Shown: one piece after another, positions 25,551 to 40,620 of the stretch
How the letters are laid out: each line of letters begins with the position of its first letter
Position numbering within the stretch: the first letter of the stretch is position 1
NCBI GenBank assembly: GCA_964016885.1
Contig: OZ024747.1
Coordinates: 65,410,001-65,474,000, forward strand
DNA: 64,000 nucleotides
From: Eledone cirrhosa
Lineage: Eukaryota
Direction: 5' to 3'
Made by a program: the position numbers and the translations under genes
Notes under the pieces: generated by a model
What the model saw: the letters and a program-made list of their open reading frames with translations, nothing else
Told to the model about the DNA's origin: nothing
The model's database searches: none

Positions 25551-27325
25551 TACTATAGTGTCATTTTACCATATCATTTCAATATAGTGGAGCTAAGTTC
25601 AATTTCTACTTTGGTTCACACTAAGGAAACTGCTTGTTTTGCTTGTTAGTGATATATCTACTTTTTTCTTAGTTTCTCATTCTCCAGTACAAATATCTTT
25701 GAAGCAATTTGAAGAACTTTTCTCATTTCTATATAAGTCAGCAAGTCACTTGAGATTAATTCTTATGCTAAAGAATTGAATTAATAATGAAAAGCTGATC
25801 TTTGCTCCTTAGGTCAGGCATAAAGAAAATTAATGATGCTTGAAATGTTGTTATTATGTCATTTCCAATGAGATTCCTTGAAGAAACAGAAATTATCGAG
25901 TGAAGATTTTAAATGAAGAGAATAAGACGTTTGGGAACATTAAGTTTTCTGATTGTTTGAAGTTATAACAGCTGATGAAAGAAAATAATGACTTGTGAAT
26001 AGTTGCTGTAAGATAGACACATTATTAATTCCAACTATATTGATTGTTACTATAACAATTTTCTTGGAATACCTGCAAAATTTTTAAATGTATTAAAACA
26101 AAACAATCATTCTATAATGTTTACCTCTTTGGTTGCCATCTTTCTATTGAGCTATAGCAAGGCAGTGGTTATTCTACTGTGTTTATGGTCATTCCATATA
26201 ACTTCTTTCGGTTGACTGATAATTATGGTGTTGTTGTTGTTACTGTTGTAAATGGTGTAATATATTGAATAATCCGTATTTTTCATCTTTATTATACATT
26301 TGTTTACCATATTGGCATGGGAAGAACAGGTTCTCAGAGTCCCAGTCAGTTCTTATTAAAGGTTTGATTTCCATATTGGCATGGAAAGAACAGGTTATCA
26401 AAATCCCAGTAAGTTCTTAATCAGAGTTACTCCCCTTTTTCATGCTTTTTTTTGTTGGGGGGGGGGGGGGGGGGCAGCGTCATGTTTGTACATTCCAAAT
26501 TTTGGCAAGGTTTCTCCAGCTGGTAGCCCTTCCTAACACCAACCACTTTACAAGGCAATGGATGTATTTTATCATTACACCAGCAATAAAAATATTGTCA
26601 TGTCTTTGACAATACTAAAGAGTACTTTCTATACTATATAGTCTCTATTCAATTGCCAACTACTTTATACAGTGTATTGGGTGTATTTTATCGTGTGTCT
26701 CAAATATGCACCCCACCGCCTCACTCCATGTGCGAATATATATATTAATACATACAGCACTATCCCTAGATTTCATCTGATTCTACTGTTGCTTTGAAGA
26801 AGTTCAAAAATGTGAATTCTTTTCAGCCCCCTACCATCTTCATCTGCTTGTTCGTTCATTCATACACATATTTATTATTTCTCATGTTGAAAATATTGCA
26901 CTAGTTTTCCTAGGTCTTCCCTTAAGGTAGATTCAACTGAATTTTACCCAGTTAAATGGCTGATATTCTATTTTATTGAACCAGAAGAGATGAGAAACAA
27001 ATTAGAGAGCAGTAGACATATGAACTCACAAGCAGGTGGAATGAAAAAAGAATTAGACTCCAGTAGAATATGAAATCAGAACCAGGAATATACAAAAACT
27101 ATATAATGTATTATATAAAATATTTTAATTCAACAACTCCTTCGTTTCTGCTATTTCCAGAAATAACAAAAAGATTTTTCACTACACAGTCCACACTCAC
27201 CTATGCCAAATCATGTTATAGGTCATAATACCATTTGACTCTGTCCACCACTTTAGATATTTCTCCAATGCTCCTAATTTTATATGACACCAAACTCCAT
27301 TTTAAAGTATCTTATTTAACTTTAA

Positions 27326-27558
27326 CCCTTTCATGACTGTATTTCTAATGAAATACATCCTATTTTAATTAATTAATGAAGAATTTTGAGAGATTTACTA
27401 AAAATATTTCATAATTTTATTACTAATATAGTAATTTAATGTAAGGTTCTTATATAAAATTATGGTGAAAGATTTTAATTTAAATTGGAAACCTTTAAAA
27501 TGAGTGGTTTTATTTCATAGAACCAGAGCCAGTTTTGGCCAGGTTGGTAACTAAAGGG
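27326..27558. mobile_element. piggyBac-type MITE
   Basis: TTAA TSD and CCCTTT/AAAGGG termini; inverse homolog of the outer element at 13101-13518. Confidence 0.8.
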
Positions 27559-27712
27559 TTAAACCTACCTAAAAAAATATTATAGCATAGACATGCTTTG
27601 AATAACTTCTTTTGCAGGTTTGTTTGCTAGACGAGGGCTGAGCCAGAATGAAACAATGTAAACAACAAGAAACAATTAAGGGGATAGTAAAAAGAAGAAA
27701 GTGAAAACATAC

Positions 27713-27851
27713 GTGATAAAGTTTTGAGCTGTTATTGAAGAACATTTTGACATCTTCATGATATTTCTTTATTTCTTGTGGAGAGAATTTCAAAATAAAA
27801 ATATTGTGTCCTTTCATAATGAGTCCTCGTGAAGGTTTCACTGACATGATT
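27713..27851 (-). CDS. CFAP65: CFAP65-like exon C (IMSVKPSRGLIMKGHNIFILKFSPQEIKKYHEDVKMFFNNSSKLYH)
   Basis: Pyrimidine tract with ttag acceptor, gtatgt donor; 139 nt, phase 2 to 0; V.P..G.I motif of ASH/MSP-like Ig repeats; follows a 26-kb intron. Confidence 0.9.
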
Positions 27852-29569
27852 CTAATAAAACAAGAAGAGGAACAAATATAAAAAATATCCCTGGTCCTTC
27901 AATTCAATAAAAATCACTCTCACACACAGTCTTTCATCCCTATAGAAACCTCACACACACAGTCTAATCAGATATATGCGATGCATATGGAAGATAACAG
28001 CTGTATAAAGATGCATCAATATATTTCAGGAGTTGCAACCAGTAAATAGTGTCAGCAATGGAAAGATCAATGGAAACAGTTTTTCCTTGGTCTGATTTGA
28101 TGAGTTCTATCACACTCAGTAAGTGAATGAGGTCTGGGATCTTGTCAACTGAACTCTATCTATAGTATATAGAAAAATATATCAATATATAGCAGTATAT
28201 CCTCATCATCATCATCATCATCACTATTTAATATATATTTTCCATGCTTGCATGAGTTGCCATTTTATGACACATGTCACATCAGGTGACCATGTCTTGC
28301 TCTTATGGTACAGTTCCTGGCTTAGTTTCTATGGCTAGATGCTCTTCCTAATGCCCATCACATTACAGTGTGGTGTATACAATGAGAAAATAGCATATAC
28401 CTACCATTGTAGAAATATTCAATAACAAATTAGTGAAGAGAAGAGGTGAAAAGAAGATTAAATTATTTGGTTTTATTACAAGTAAGTGAAATGCTATATT
28501 TAATGTAAATATTGTTGGTTTTCTTTCCTTGTTTTAACAAGACTTTGATGTATTTAGAAAACTAAACATGGAATCCTATTGATGTCAAATAATCAGACAT
28601 GATTTCTTCAGTTTTGACAAGTTTTACATTAATCACCTTTCCAGTTATTGTTGTTGTTGTAGTTGTTATTAGTGGTGGTGGTGGTGGTAGTGATGGTGTT
28701 TACTTGATGATAGTTTAGTTTTGATGTTGTTGGTGGTAGTGGTGATGATTTGTTGTTGTTGTTGGTGTTGGTGGTGGTTTGATGTTGTTGGTGGTGTTGG
28801 TGATAGTGGTGATGGTTTGTTGTTGTTTTGTGATAGTGCTAGTTTAGTTTTGATGTTGTTGTTGGAGGTGGTTTGTTGTTGTTGATGGTAGTGGTATTTT
28901 AGTTTTGATATTGTTGTTGCTGTTGGTGCTGGTGGTATGTTAGTTTTGTTGTTATTATTTGGTGGTGTTGCAAGTGGTAGTTTAGTTTTGATGTTTTGTT
29001 TTCCATATAATAATTGTTTCTACTTTTGGCACAGGGGCAGCAATTACCCTAGTGCATTACTGGTGATTTATTTTATCAACCCTGTAAGGATGAAATGAAA
29101 CGGGAACACCAGAACGTAAAGGGCCATAACTCTATGCTGCAAAGCATGATGTCTGACACTCTACCGATACTCCCAATCCAATATAATAATTGTTTCTACT
29201 TTTGGCACAAGGCCAGCAAATTAACCAGTGCATTACTGGTACTTTATTTTATCAACCCCGTAAGGATGAAAGGCAAAGTTAACCTCGGCGGGATTTGAAC
29301 TCAGAATGGCAAGGGCCGTAACTCTATACATCAAAGCATGGAGTCCGACCCTCTACCGATACTGCCAATCCACCACCAATCCAATATAATAATGAAGTCA
29401 TTTTTTATTGGGATTTGTTTAGTTTTACTCTACTACCAACAGCAACAACAACACTACCACTACTAACAGCAACAATATTACCATCACTACAAAAAATAAC
29501 AGCACTAAAAACAACAACAGTAACATCAACAACAAAATAGTTATGTTATCAAATGTAAATTTGCCAACA

Positions 29570-30290
29570 TTACACCAACACAAAGGTGACATCATACCAT
29601 CATTACACCATGACAAAAGTAAAACCACACCATACCATCAGCACAACCACACCCCCAACACAAAGGCAAAACCACACCATACCATCAGCCCAACCACACC
29701 CCCAACACAAAGGTAAAACTACACCATACCATCAGCACAACCACACCCCCAACACAAAGGTAAAACCACACCATACCATCAGCACAATCACACCCCCAAC
29801 ACAAAGGTAACATCACACCATACCATCGGTACAAAGGTAACACCACACAATACCATCAGCACAACCACACCCGCAACACAAAGGTAAAACCACACCATAC
29901 CATCAGCACAACCACACCCCCAACACAAAGGTAAAACCACACCATACCATCAGCACAATCACACTCCCAACACAAAGGTAACATCACACCATACCATCGG
30001 TACAAAGGTAACACCACACAATACCATCAGCACAATCACACCCGCAATACAAAGGTAAAACCACACCATACCATCAGCACAATCACACCCCAACACAAAG
30101 GTAACATCACACCATACCATCGGTACAAAGGTAACACCACACACTACCATCAGCACAACCACACCCCCAACACAAAGGTAAACCCACACCATACCATTGG
30201 TACAAAGGTGATACCATACCATCAGCACAACCACACCCCCAACACAAGAGTAACATCATACCATCGGCACAAAGGTGATACCATACCAAT
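29570..30290. repeat. CA-rich compound minisatellite
   Basis: Repeating acaaaggtaa..caccataccatcagcacaa units. Confidence 0.85.
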
Positions 30291-30879
30291 GTCTCTAATT
30301 AAAAACATCTAAACAAACTGTAGTTTATATTGGAACTATGAAACTAATCTTAATTACATGCTCACACATACAGACAGAAACACATAGAGACCGAGACACA
30401 CATACACACATACAAACAGACACACATATACACATACAAACAGACACACGTACAGACACATACAGACACGAACAAATACAAATACATAGACATACTGACA
30501 CACACAGGCTGACACATACACATACATGGACGTACAGACATACATAAAGATATACATACACATAAAGATACAGACACACGCATATACATAGACATACAGC
30601 CACACACACACACACACACACACAGACACATTCACATAGACAGACATACAGACCAATACACACACACAGGCAGACATCTATGCTGGAAATATCAATCAGA
30701 TCTTTATTAAACATTAACGTATTTGATATCTTAACAAAAACAACAGTGCACATACACACACACAGTGGAACACATACACACACAGAGACATACACACATA
30801 CATATAGACAATTTCCACCATTTTGAAATAAAACAATCATATGAGTGCAAAAATGATTATATTGATATTTTTGGAAAGT

Positions 30880-32640
30880 TTTAACAAGTGTACTCTGTGA
30901 TATAGTCTACACTGTATATAGTTTTAACAAGTGTACTCTATGACATTATCTACACTGTATATATTTTAAACAAGTGTACTCTATGACATTATCTACACTG
31001 TATATATTTTAAACATGTGTACTCTATGACATTATCTACACTGTATATAGTTTTAACAAGTGTACTCTATGACATTATCTACACTGTATATATTTTAAAC
31101 AAGTGTACTCTATGACATTATCTACACTGTATATACTTTTAACAAGTGTACTCTATGACATTATCTACACTGTATATATTTTAAACATGTGTACTCTATG
31201 ACATTATCTACACTGTATATATTTTAAACAAGTGTACTCTATGACATTATCTACACTGTATATATTTTAAACATGTGTACTCTATGACATTATCTACACT
31301 GTATATATTTTAAACATGTGTACTCTATGACATTATCTACACTGTATATACTTTTAACAAGTGTACTCTATGACATTATCTACACTGTATATATTTTAAA
31401 CAAGTGTACTCTATGACATTATCTACACTGTATATACTTTTAACAAGTGTACTCTATGACATTATCTACACTGTATATATTTTAAACATGTGTACTCTAT
31501 GACATTATCTACACTGTATATACTTTTAACAAGTGTACTCTATGACATTATCTACACTGTATATATTTTAAACATGTGTACTCTATGACATTATCTACAC
31601 TGTATATATTTTAAACAAGTGTACTCTATGACATTATCTACACTGTGTATACTTTTAACAAGTGTACTCTATGACATTATCTACACTGTATATACTTTTA
31701 ACAAGTGTACTCTATGACATTATCTACACTGTATATACTTTTAACAAGTGTACTCTATGACATTATCTACACTGTATATATTTTAAACAAGTGTACTCTA
31801 TGACATTATCTACACTGTATATATTTTAAACATGTGTACTCTATGACATTATCTACACTGTATATATTTTAAACAAGTGTACTCTATGACATTATCTACA
31901 CTGTATATATTTTAAACAAGTGTACTCTATGACATTATCTACACTGTATATACTTTTAACAAGTGTACTCTATGACATTACCTACACTGTATATACTTTT
32001 AACAAGTGTACTCTATGACATTATCTACACTGTATATATTTTAAACAAGTGTACTCTATGACATTATCTACACTGTATATATTTTAAACAAGTGTACTCT
32101 ATGACATTATCTACACTGTATATACTTTTAACAAGTGTACTCTATGACATTATCTACACTGTATATACTTTTAACAAGTGTACTCTATGACATTATCTAC
32201 ACTGTATATACTTTTAACAAGTGTACTCTATGACATTATCTACACTGTATATATTTTAAACAAGTGTACTCTATGACATTATCTACACTGTATATATTTT
32301 AAACAAGTGTACTCTATGACATTATCTACACTGTATATACTTTTAACAAGTGTACTCTATGACATTATCTACACTGTATATACTTTTAACAAGTGTACTC
32401 TATGACATTATCTACACTGTATATACTTTTAACAAGTGTACTCTATGACATTATCTACACTGTATATATTTTAAACAAGTGTACTCTATGACATTATCTA
32501 CACTGTATATATTTTAAACAAGTGTACTCTATGACATTATCTACACTGTATATATTTTAAACAAGTGTACTCTATGACATTATCTACACTGTATATATTT
32601 TAAACAAGTGTACTCTATGACATTATCTACACTGTATATA
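30880..32640. repeat. 43-bp tandem array (about 41 copies)
   Basis: Unit AACAAGTGTACTCTATGACATTATCTACACTGTATATATTTTA; highly homogeneous. Confidence 0.97.
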
Positions 32641-33115
32641 CTACACTATACATATCAACAATCTGCATACAACACGCACTGCATTATATATAGTTTTAAC
32701 TTTTACACTATGTACCTTCTATCTACACTGCACATATGTAATCTCTTATTTTACTTGTCAAAGTGATGGAAGACACACTTATATAATGTTGCAAGTGTTA
32801 TCACAAACATACTAGAAGTACTAAACTTTCATATAAGAAAAGAAAATATCTTGTAGTAACACCAAATCAATTGGTAGAATCTGAGATTTTATCAAAGAAA
32901 AACATTTTTCTTTTTAACCATACATGATCATTTCAATGTTAATGCCATTATAACTTACTGGAAATACAGCAAATTGGCAGGCTCATTTGAACGTTGAATA
33001 GAATGCTTTGCAGTTGAGTCATTCCAGCCTGATGTGTTCAAATCCCGGCATGACCAACTTTGCCTTTAATCTTTTCATGGTAGTAAAATAAGAACTTGTT
33101 CCGAACTAGTGTTGA

Positions 33116-33156
<41 letters not shown>

Positions 33157-33434
33157 GGAAATAATCAGCTGTGTTCAGATGAGAGGATTGGGCTCTGCCA
33201 GAGTTTTAAAAAATGCCCAAGACATATTTAACATTGATGTCCCTAGGACTCAATGTAGAGTTACAGGTCCATCCATCCATCCATCTATACATACATACAT
33301 CTATCCAACCATCCATACATACATATATACATGATGATGGCTGCCCCCTCGTTATCGAGTATGGCCATTGCACAAAGAGAAAAAAAAAATATTAATAAAT
33401 AAATAAAAAAGAAAATAAAAAATATATATATACA

Positions 33435-34058
33435 TAACAGTAATATACGTGAACGACAAAGCATAAAGGAATTGAGAGAGAGACTGAACATAAGAGGAAT
33501 CAAATGCTGTGTGCAGGAGAGGCGGTTACGCTGGTATGGACATGTGATGCGTATGAAGGATGACAGCTGCATAAAAAGGTGCAGAGCACTAGAAGTTGAT
33601 GGAAACCGCGGAGTGGGGAGACCCAAGATGACTTGGGATGAGGTGATAAAAGCCGACCTTACCCAACTACACCTCTCAAAGACAATGACACACGACCGTG
33701 ACTTCTGGCGTCACACAGTAATACAGGGTACCCGACCTCCCATGGGTACATGCTGAAGCATATAAACAATATGCCCCCACTCCCCCCACCGCAAGGTGGT
33801 CGTCGAGGTGCCACGGCAAAAAAAGCACCCAGCCCACACTGTAAAGTGGACGTCTAGGCGCCACGAAAAAGCACCCAGCACTCACTGTAAATGAGGTTGG
33901 TGTTAGGAAGGGCATCCAGCTGTAGAAATCAAGCCAGATCAGTTCCTGTATGAGCAAGGCATGGTCAGCCGACCAGACACTGCCCACAACAGGACAACCC
34001 GTCTAACCCATGCTAGCGTGGAAGAACGGACGTAAAACGGTGATGATGATGATGATGA
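33435..34058 (+). mobile_element. RTE 3' fragment nearly identical to 8838-9460
   Basis: ORF 33472-33756 matches the C-terminus of ORF 9136-10536. Confidence 0.92.
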
Positions 34059-34063
34059 TACAC

Positions 34064-35108
34064 ATAATAATATTACAGTTTGCCTATCATGACTTAAGAT
34101 AATACATCATAAATCAACAAAAACAAATTGTACTGGCAATGGCCGTAGTGCTTGGACAAATTTAAATTTCAAAATCAAACCTGTTCCGTGGACAGGTTTA
34201 AACCCTAAAATCCAAATATGTTTCGAATAATGAAAAAGTGGAAGAAAATACCGCATTTTGATCTCCTCAGCAAGCACTATAAAAATTGGTATGTTCCACT
34301 TCAAAATATTTAGGAAGACTGTTTAGCGCACGAGGTAACGTCATGCAGTTATCCAGTGTCTAGCTAGCCTCATACTCGTGCTGCTAGAAATAACAGCCGT
34401 TTGTATGGGGCTAAAATCAGCTCAACGAAGGAGCAGTGAAAAATCAATAATAATGAGTTCTATCTAGCTAACTTGGTCATTTACAATACAAACATAAATA
34501 TGAGGATATTTGTGTTTATCAAATATATTGATTTATGTTAACCTATATTCACGGCTCAGAAATACTCTTTCTTTCTTTGAGCTATTTCATTGTAAATGAT
34601 CGCCTGAGATTTGAACTCATTATTATTGATTTTTCACTGCTCCTTCGTTGAGCTGATTTTAGCCCCATACAAACGGCTGTTATTTCTAGCAGCACGAGTA
34701 TGAGGCTAGCTAGACACTGGATAACTGCATGACGTTACCTCGTGCGCTAAACAGTCTTCCTAAATATTTTGAAGTGGAACATACCAATTTTTATAGTGCT
34801 TGCTGAGGAGATCAAAATGCGGTATTTTCTTCCACTTTTTCATTATTCGAAACATATTTGAATTTTAGGGTTTAAACCTGTCCACGGAACAGGTTTGATT
34901 TTGAAATTTAAATTTGTCCAAGCACTACGGCCATTGCCAATACAATTTGTTTTTGTTGATTTATGATGTATTATCTTAAGTCACGATAGGCAAACTGTAA
35001 TATTATTATTAGTATATTTCTATCTAGCTAACTTGGTCATTTACAATACAAACATAAATATGAGGATATTTGTGTTTATCAAATATATTGATTTGTGTTA
35101 ACCTATAT
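34064..35108. mobile_element. Penelope-like pLTR fold-back (arms 34064-34460 and 34613-35009) with duplicated tail
   Basis: 397-bp inverted arms; tail 35019-35108 repeated at 34459-34549; carries a hammerhead. Confidence 0.8.
34794..34927 (+). ncRNA. Type I hammerhead with extended stem II (mirror copy on - at 34146-34279)
   Basis: TAGTGCTTG-CTGAGGA-GATCAAA...TTTGATTTT-GAAA-TTTAAATTT-GTC-CAAGCACTA: perfect 9-bp stem I, palindromic stem III, GUC site. Confidence 0.75.
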
Positions 35109-38100
35109 TATACATACACATATACATACATATATACATACACACATATACATACATACATACACACACATATACATACATACATTAATTGTTTCTATTT
35201 TTGGCACAAGGCCAGCAATTACCCCAGTACATTACTGGTACTTTATTTTATCGACCCCGTAAGGATGAAAGGCAAAGTTAACCTCAGTGCGATTTGAACT
35301 CAGACCGTAAAGGGACGTAACTATGCCGTAAAGCATGGTGTCCGACCCTCTACCGATACTGCCAATCCACCGCCTTACATACATTAATGGAGTTTAGAAT
35401 GTTCATAAGAAATAATTTAGAGATAGATGGATATAATTCAATAATGTAGAATTAATTAAACTTGTAATTATCTTCATTACTAATGTTATTGAACTGAATG
35501 ATTAGTGTTGCTCACGTTCCATTAAGAGAAGTTCATGACATCTCTGATGACGTCAATGTTATTTAAACTCTGTTTGGACATTAATCTGGCTCTGGATTAA
35601 TTAGCAAATATATTTGTAACGTTGATTAATCTACATCTTGAACTGGAGAGCGAGTTCTTCCTGTGTCCATCAGCACATATATCCTATATGTTAGATAAAC
35701 ATTCCTTTGTGTCCATCAACACTGATATATCCTACATGTTAGATAAACATTCTAATACATTATCAACAGTTACTTTGGCTCCTAGAATTTCACTCCCATT
35801 GCTGATATTATTAATAGTGAAAGTAAAAGTGTATGCTGCATGTGCCATGATTTATGAGAGCAAGACATTGGTGATGACTGTGGAGCAACATAGAAGGATT
35901 GAGAGAATGGAAATGAAAATGATCTTTTTAGTGGTATGCCGAGCTTTGGGGAAGCCTGAGACCAACTGATTGATTTTATTCCCAAAAAAACTCAAATATA
36001 GGGCCTAATACAGAGAAATGTGAACAAGAAAGATATTTTAAATATGTAAAAATAGATGATACATGAAATAAATACTTCATTCAAATTGATTTAAAATCAA
36101 CCCTGTTTATTAAGCCCAGTTCCCAAAATAAGATCTGTCAGAAAACACTTCAACTACTTAATATTTTACATCAGCAGTGAGGAATTTTTTCAATACTGTT
36201 TAAACCCAGGTCGGTCAGTTGCTGTACTGGAAAAGATTCACCTGACAGTATAAAAATGTGACCCCAACATTGAATCTATTAATCCCACCACCTACCCACT
36301 TGCTCTGCTGCCCCTACTTCTTGTCATTTACCCATGATATACCTATTATTTTTCTTACCTACAACATCCTATTTCCACACTAGCCCCCATAGAGTAGAGG
36401 TGACTCTACAATCAAGTCTAAGACCAATAACCTCTCTAGAGCTGGTGTCATGAAAAATACACCCAGTACACTCTGTAACATGGTTGCTGATAGAAAAGGC
36501 ATTCACCCATAGAAACCCTGCCAAACAAAGTGTTAGAAGAACTCTTCTAATGTGTTAAAGACATGACATGACAACCTTTCTAGTGTTGGTGATTGACATG
36601 AAAAACACACCCAGTATACTTTGTAAAATGCAACAAGTCAGGAGAATTCTTGAGCTGCAGCTAAGACATGACAACCTCCACAGTGCTGGTATCATGATAA
36701 AATGCACTTGATAGAGCAAGAGAATGTATGTAAGCATAATGCAGGCCTCTGGTACATCTGAGTGGTCAGTAGCTCCACTTAAGTACTGACTTGATCTGTG
36801 AAGATCTGTTCAAACCTTGTTAACAGAGAAAAATGGACATTAAATAATGACAACGATTATAATGATACATACATATATATATACATACATATACATATAC
36901 ATACATATACATACATACATACATACATACATACATACATACAATCATCATCATCATCATCATCATCTATATATACATATGTGTGTGTGTGTGTGTGTGT
37001 GCTAAAATATATTGTGCATTAAATTACTAATATTTCTTTTCTATGACAACTCCATGTAGCAACATTTATGGCATAAAACACATTTCTCAGAGACTTCACA
37101 TATAAATCCAGAGAATGGAGAGATTGCAAGTTTTTCCCAAGATGGTAATATAAGAAAGACAGAAGAAAAGCAAACAGAAAGTTGATATTTTATAGACAAT
37201 ATTTCATAGAATGAAGGAATATTATATTTCTGTTTTCAATTTATGAAAACAGAAGCTACTAAAATAAAAGAAAAATGTTCTGCTTCATGAGGCATTTGAG
37301 GTTATTTAATAAATAAATATCAATTGTGAAGTTGATATTGTTCTTTTAAACAATTTGTTGTATCTAGTGACATATTTCAAGTTGTAGGAAAATATCATGT
37401 TGATAGTAGAGTTGTTTATGTTTTAAGAGGTAGTAGTTAGTCTTGATGTATTGATGTATTTTTTTATAAGATACAAATGGCTTATAGTCTATTGTTATTG
37501 CTGTCATAGTTGTCATGGTAGTTGCTGTTGTTTTTGTTGTCATAGTTGTCATGGTAGTTGCTGTTGATTTTGTTGTCATCATTGTCATTGTTGTTTAGAC
37601 TTAAATCTGCTATAACAGCAGATTTAAGATCAAAGATATGAATGAACCACCACATACATAGCCTATATTTTAGATGGTGGGAAAAAGGATTAAATATCGA
37701 AATAATCTCCACTTTGCCTTTTATTTGTTTCTGGAGTTGATAAAATAAAGGACCAGTCCAAGACAGTGGATTGGCAGAATTGTTACAGTGCATGATAATG
37801 GCCTTTGTGGCAATTGTAGTAATATTTTGCACTGTGAGTTCTTGGGTAGTAGATGTAGTCCACAATCCACTTTAATGCCACCACCCAGTTCTGGGGTGAT
37901 TTTAGCAGAATGTATAAGCATTCAGGTTAGGTTTCTTATTTGAAGGTAATTTCTCTCACCAGTCTCAGAAATGCCAATGAAAAATATAGAGCCATGGTCA
38001 CGTGATGCATTGGGATAATGATCTTTGGATGAAGAAGTACCAAGAAATCCTAATGAAAATGAGCTCTAATAGAATGGTGGGAGCAAGGAGAACCTAGACA

Positions 38101-38807
38101 GAGATTGTGAGAGCTGATCTTAAATTTCTGAATTTTACAGTCAAGTTGATGAATGAGAACTATGAATGGAAGGTTACTGTGCTGGAAAAGACTTGTCCAT
38201 TCCATGCAAGCTTGGAAAAACAGTATAAAACTGAAATGATCATGATGATGATGAATATATATTATCAGCAAACAAGAATTAAATTTTAGTCCCAGTCTTG
38301 ATATGCCAGAAACCTAGCATATTCTCTACAATGGTACCATAGCATCCATTGTACTAAATCTACACAGCAGCTATAAACTTTACTTTGAAATTAAGATCTT
38401 GTTATTTTGGAAATACATGCATCTCAAGAAGTTGGCCATTCTTTAGAATTCCAATCCAAAAGATATTGTTGAGTCAACAATTGAGTCATTAACTAAGAAA
38501 TGGCTGAAGATAAACCATCTTGGAACCATTTAAAGTTCACTATTCTTGTTTTTCAGTTATTCTTTTACTGTTTTCTGCCATTTGACTGCATCACCTATGA
38601 AAATGTTTACAGAAGTTCTTTGCTAAAAGTGCCAAGTAATAGCAGTGCTCCAGGATGGACACAATCTAGCAGCAGTAAAACAGTAATATATATCTATCCA
38701 ATATCAACTAGAAGTACTCAATAAATTGTTTATATATCACTATGTTAAACCAATATGATATAGTGTCAATTCCTAGGAACTACAGGAAGGATTCTGCAAG
38801 GTGGACA

Positions 38808-39080
38808 CAGGGCTGGATATAGACGATGGGGGACCTGGGGTACTTCAGGTTTTTTTTTTGGGGGGGGGGGGGGGCTCATATATAAAAAGATTACAATACA
38901 CAGTAAACCCCCAATTTTATATATTAAAGTTAACTTGGCACAAGTAATTGGAATCCTAAAACTAAAAAGTCTATCAGAGGGTACAAATAAATTGTTACAG
39001 CCATTGCTGGCTGTCCACCCACCATACTGCAGAGAGCTCAGGGCAATTGCTACCTTTGCCCCCAATGGAATTCAGCCCTG
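38808..39080. mobile_element. Possible hAT-like MITE
   Basis: TIRs CAGGGCTGGAT / ATTCAGCCCTG; no clear TSD. Confidence 0.4.
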
Positions 39081-39676
39081 ATGAAACATGATTACTTTCA
39101 GCTTGTTTAATGCGAGATGGAGAACTCCTATCAAAATTTAAAGACATGATAAACTTTCTAGTCTTGGTGACACAATAACATGCACCCAGTATACTCTGTA
39201 ATGTGGCTGATGTTAGGGAGAGTATCCAGCTGTGAAAACTATGCCAAAACTGGAATATAATCAAGACATATTTCCCAGGCTCTCTAGGAAAGTATCTCCC
39301 ATTATTTCACTAGCTTGGTCTATAACAACCCAGCAAATACATGTCAAAATAGAAAGGTGATCATAAAATAATGATGATGAAGATATCACGAAACTTTCTT
39401 TTACTGGCATTACATTGAATAAATGGCTTCAACCACAGCATTTATTGTATATATGGTGGAATATTGAAACTCTTAATGGCAATCGAGACATCGTTGTTTT
39501 CAATAGACCACATAGAATCACAATCAAATGTCTTTATTCAACAATGAAACCTTTAATACCAATGTAAACTTTACAACTAACTTTCTGTATTCTATTCACC
39601 ATCGTAATTGTAACTCTACTTTGAAAGATATACATACATACACATGTATATATTTATATATTTATATATATATATT

Positions 39677-39713
<37 letters not shown>

Positions 39714-40239
39714 CATCATTTAATAAGCATTTTCCTTTTAGCAAGGGTGTGTGTGTATATATATATATATATATAATTTAAATATCTTCATATTCCCATG
39801 TCCAGAGTTTAAACCAACATATTAATGCCACAAATCCAATAAAGTCTCCATCTCTTAAAATATAGCCAACCTGTGTTTCAATTGACAATTTCGTAGTATA
39901 TAAACAATTATGGAATGCATAAATCTGGAATATAAACTGCTTGGCCGCAAATCAAAACTGAGGTAAATATTAACACAAACTATGTGGGCTCTAACAATAT
40001 GTTATTTCTACATAGATTTGTGAGTCGAGGAAAAGGTAGGATGTCATGTTGGACTAAATATATGGAAGTATTTAAAATATTCTCTTTGAGTTCAGTATTT
40101 ACATGTCTCACATCAATACTTGGCTTCACCTTTTATCCAGTATTGATTCAATTCAATATATAACACTGGAAGTATATAGTTGGATTCTCTAAATTATGCA
40201 CATTGTCTTGTGATATATATATATATATATATATATATG

Positions 40240-40620
40240 GTGACAAGACAAAAAGCACCCGGCCCACACTGTAAAGTGGTCGTGTAGGTGTCACGACAAA
40301 AAGCACCCAGCCCACATTGTAAAGTGGTTGTGTAGGTGTCACAACAAAAAGAATCCCAGCCAACACTGTAAAGTGGCCACATACGTATCACAACAAAAGG
40401 CACCCAGCCCACTTTGCAAAGTGGTTGTGTGGGTGTCATGACAAAAAGCACCCAGTACTCACTGTAAATGTGGTTGGCATTAGGAAAGGCATCCAGCTAT
40501 AGTAACCAAGCCAAAATCAGTTCTGTATGAGCAAAACATGGTCATCTGATCTGGCTTGTCTCACAACAGGACAATTCGTCAAAGCCATGCTGGCATGGAA
40601 AAATAAACATTAAATGTCTG
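40240..40620 (+). mobile_element. Degenerate RTE 3'UTR
   Basis: Repeated AAAAGCACCCAGCCCACACTGTAAAGTGG units, as in the young RTE copies. Confidence 0.75.

Noticed and set aside
30880-32640. CRISPR-like array
   Set aside because: Contiguous tandem units with no unique spacers; eukaryotic intron.
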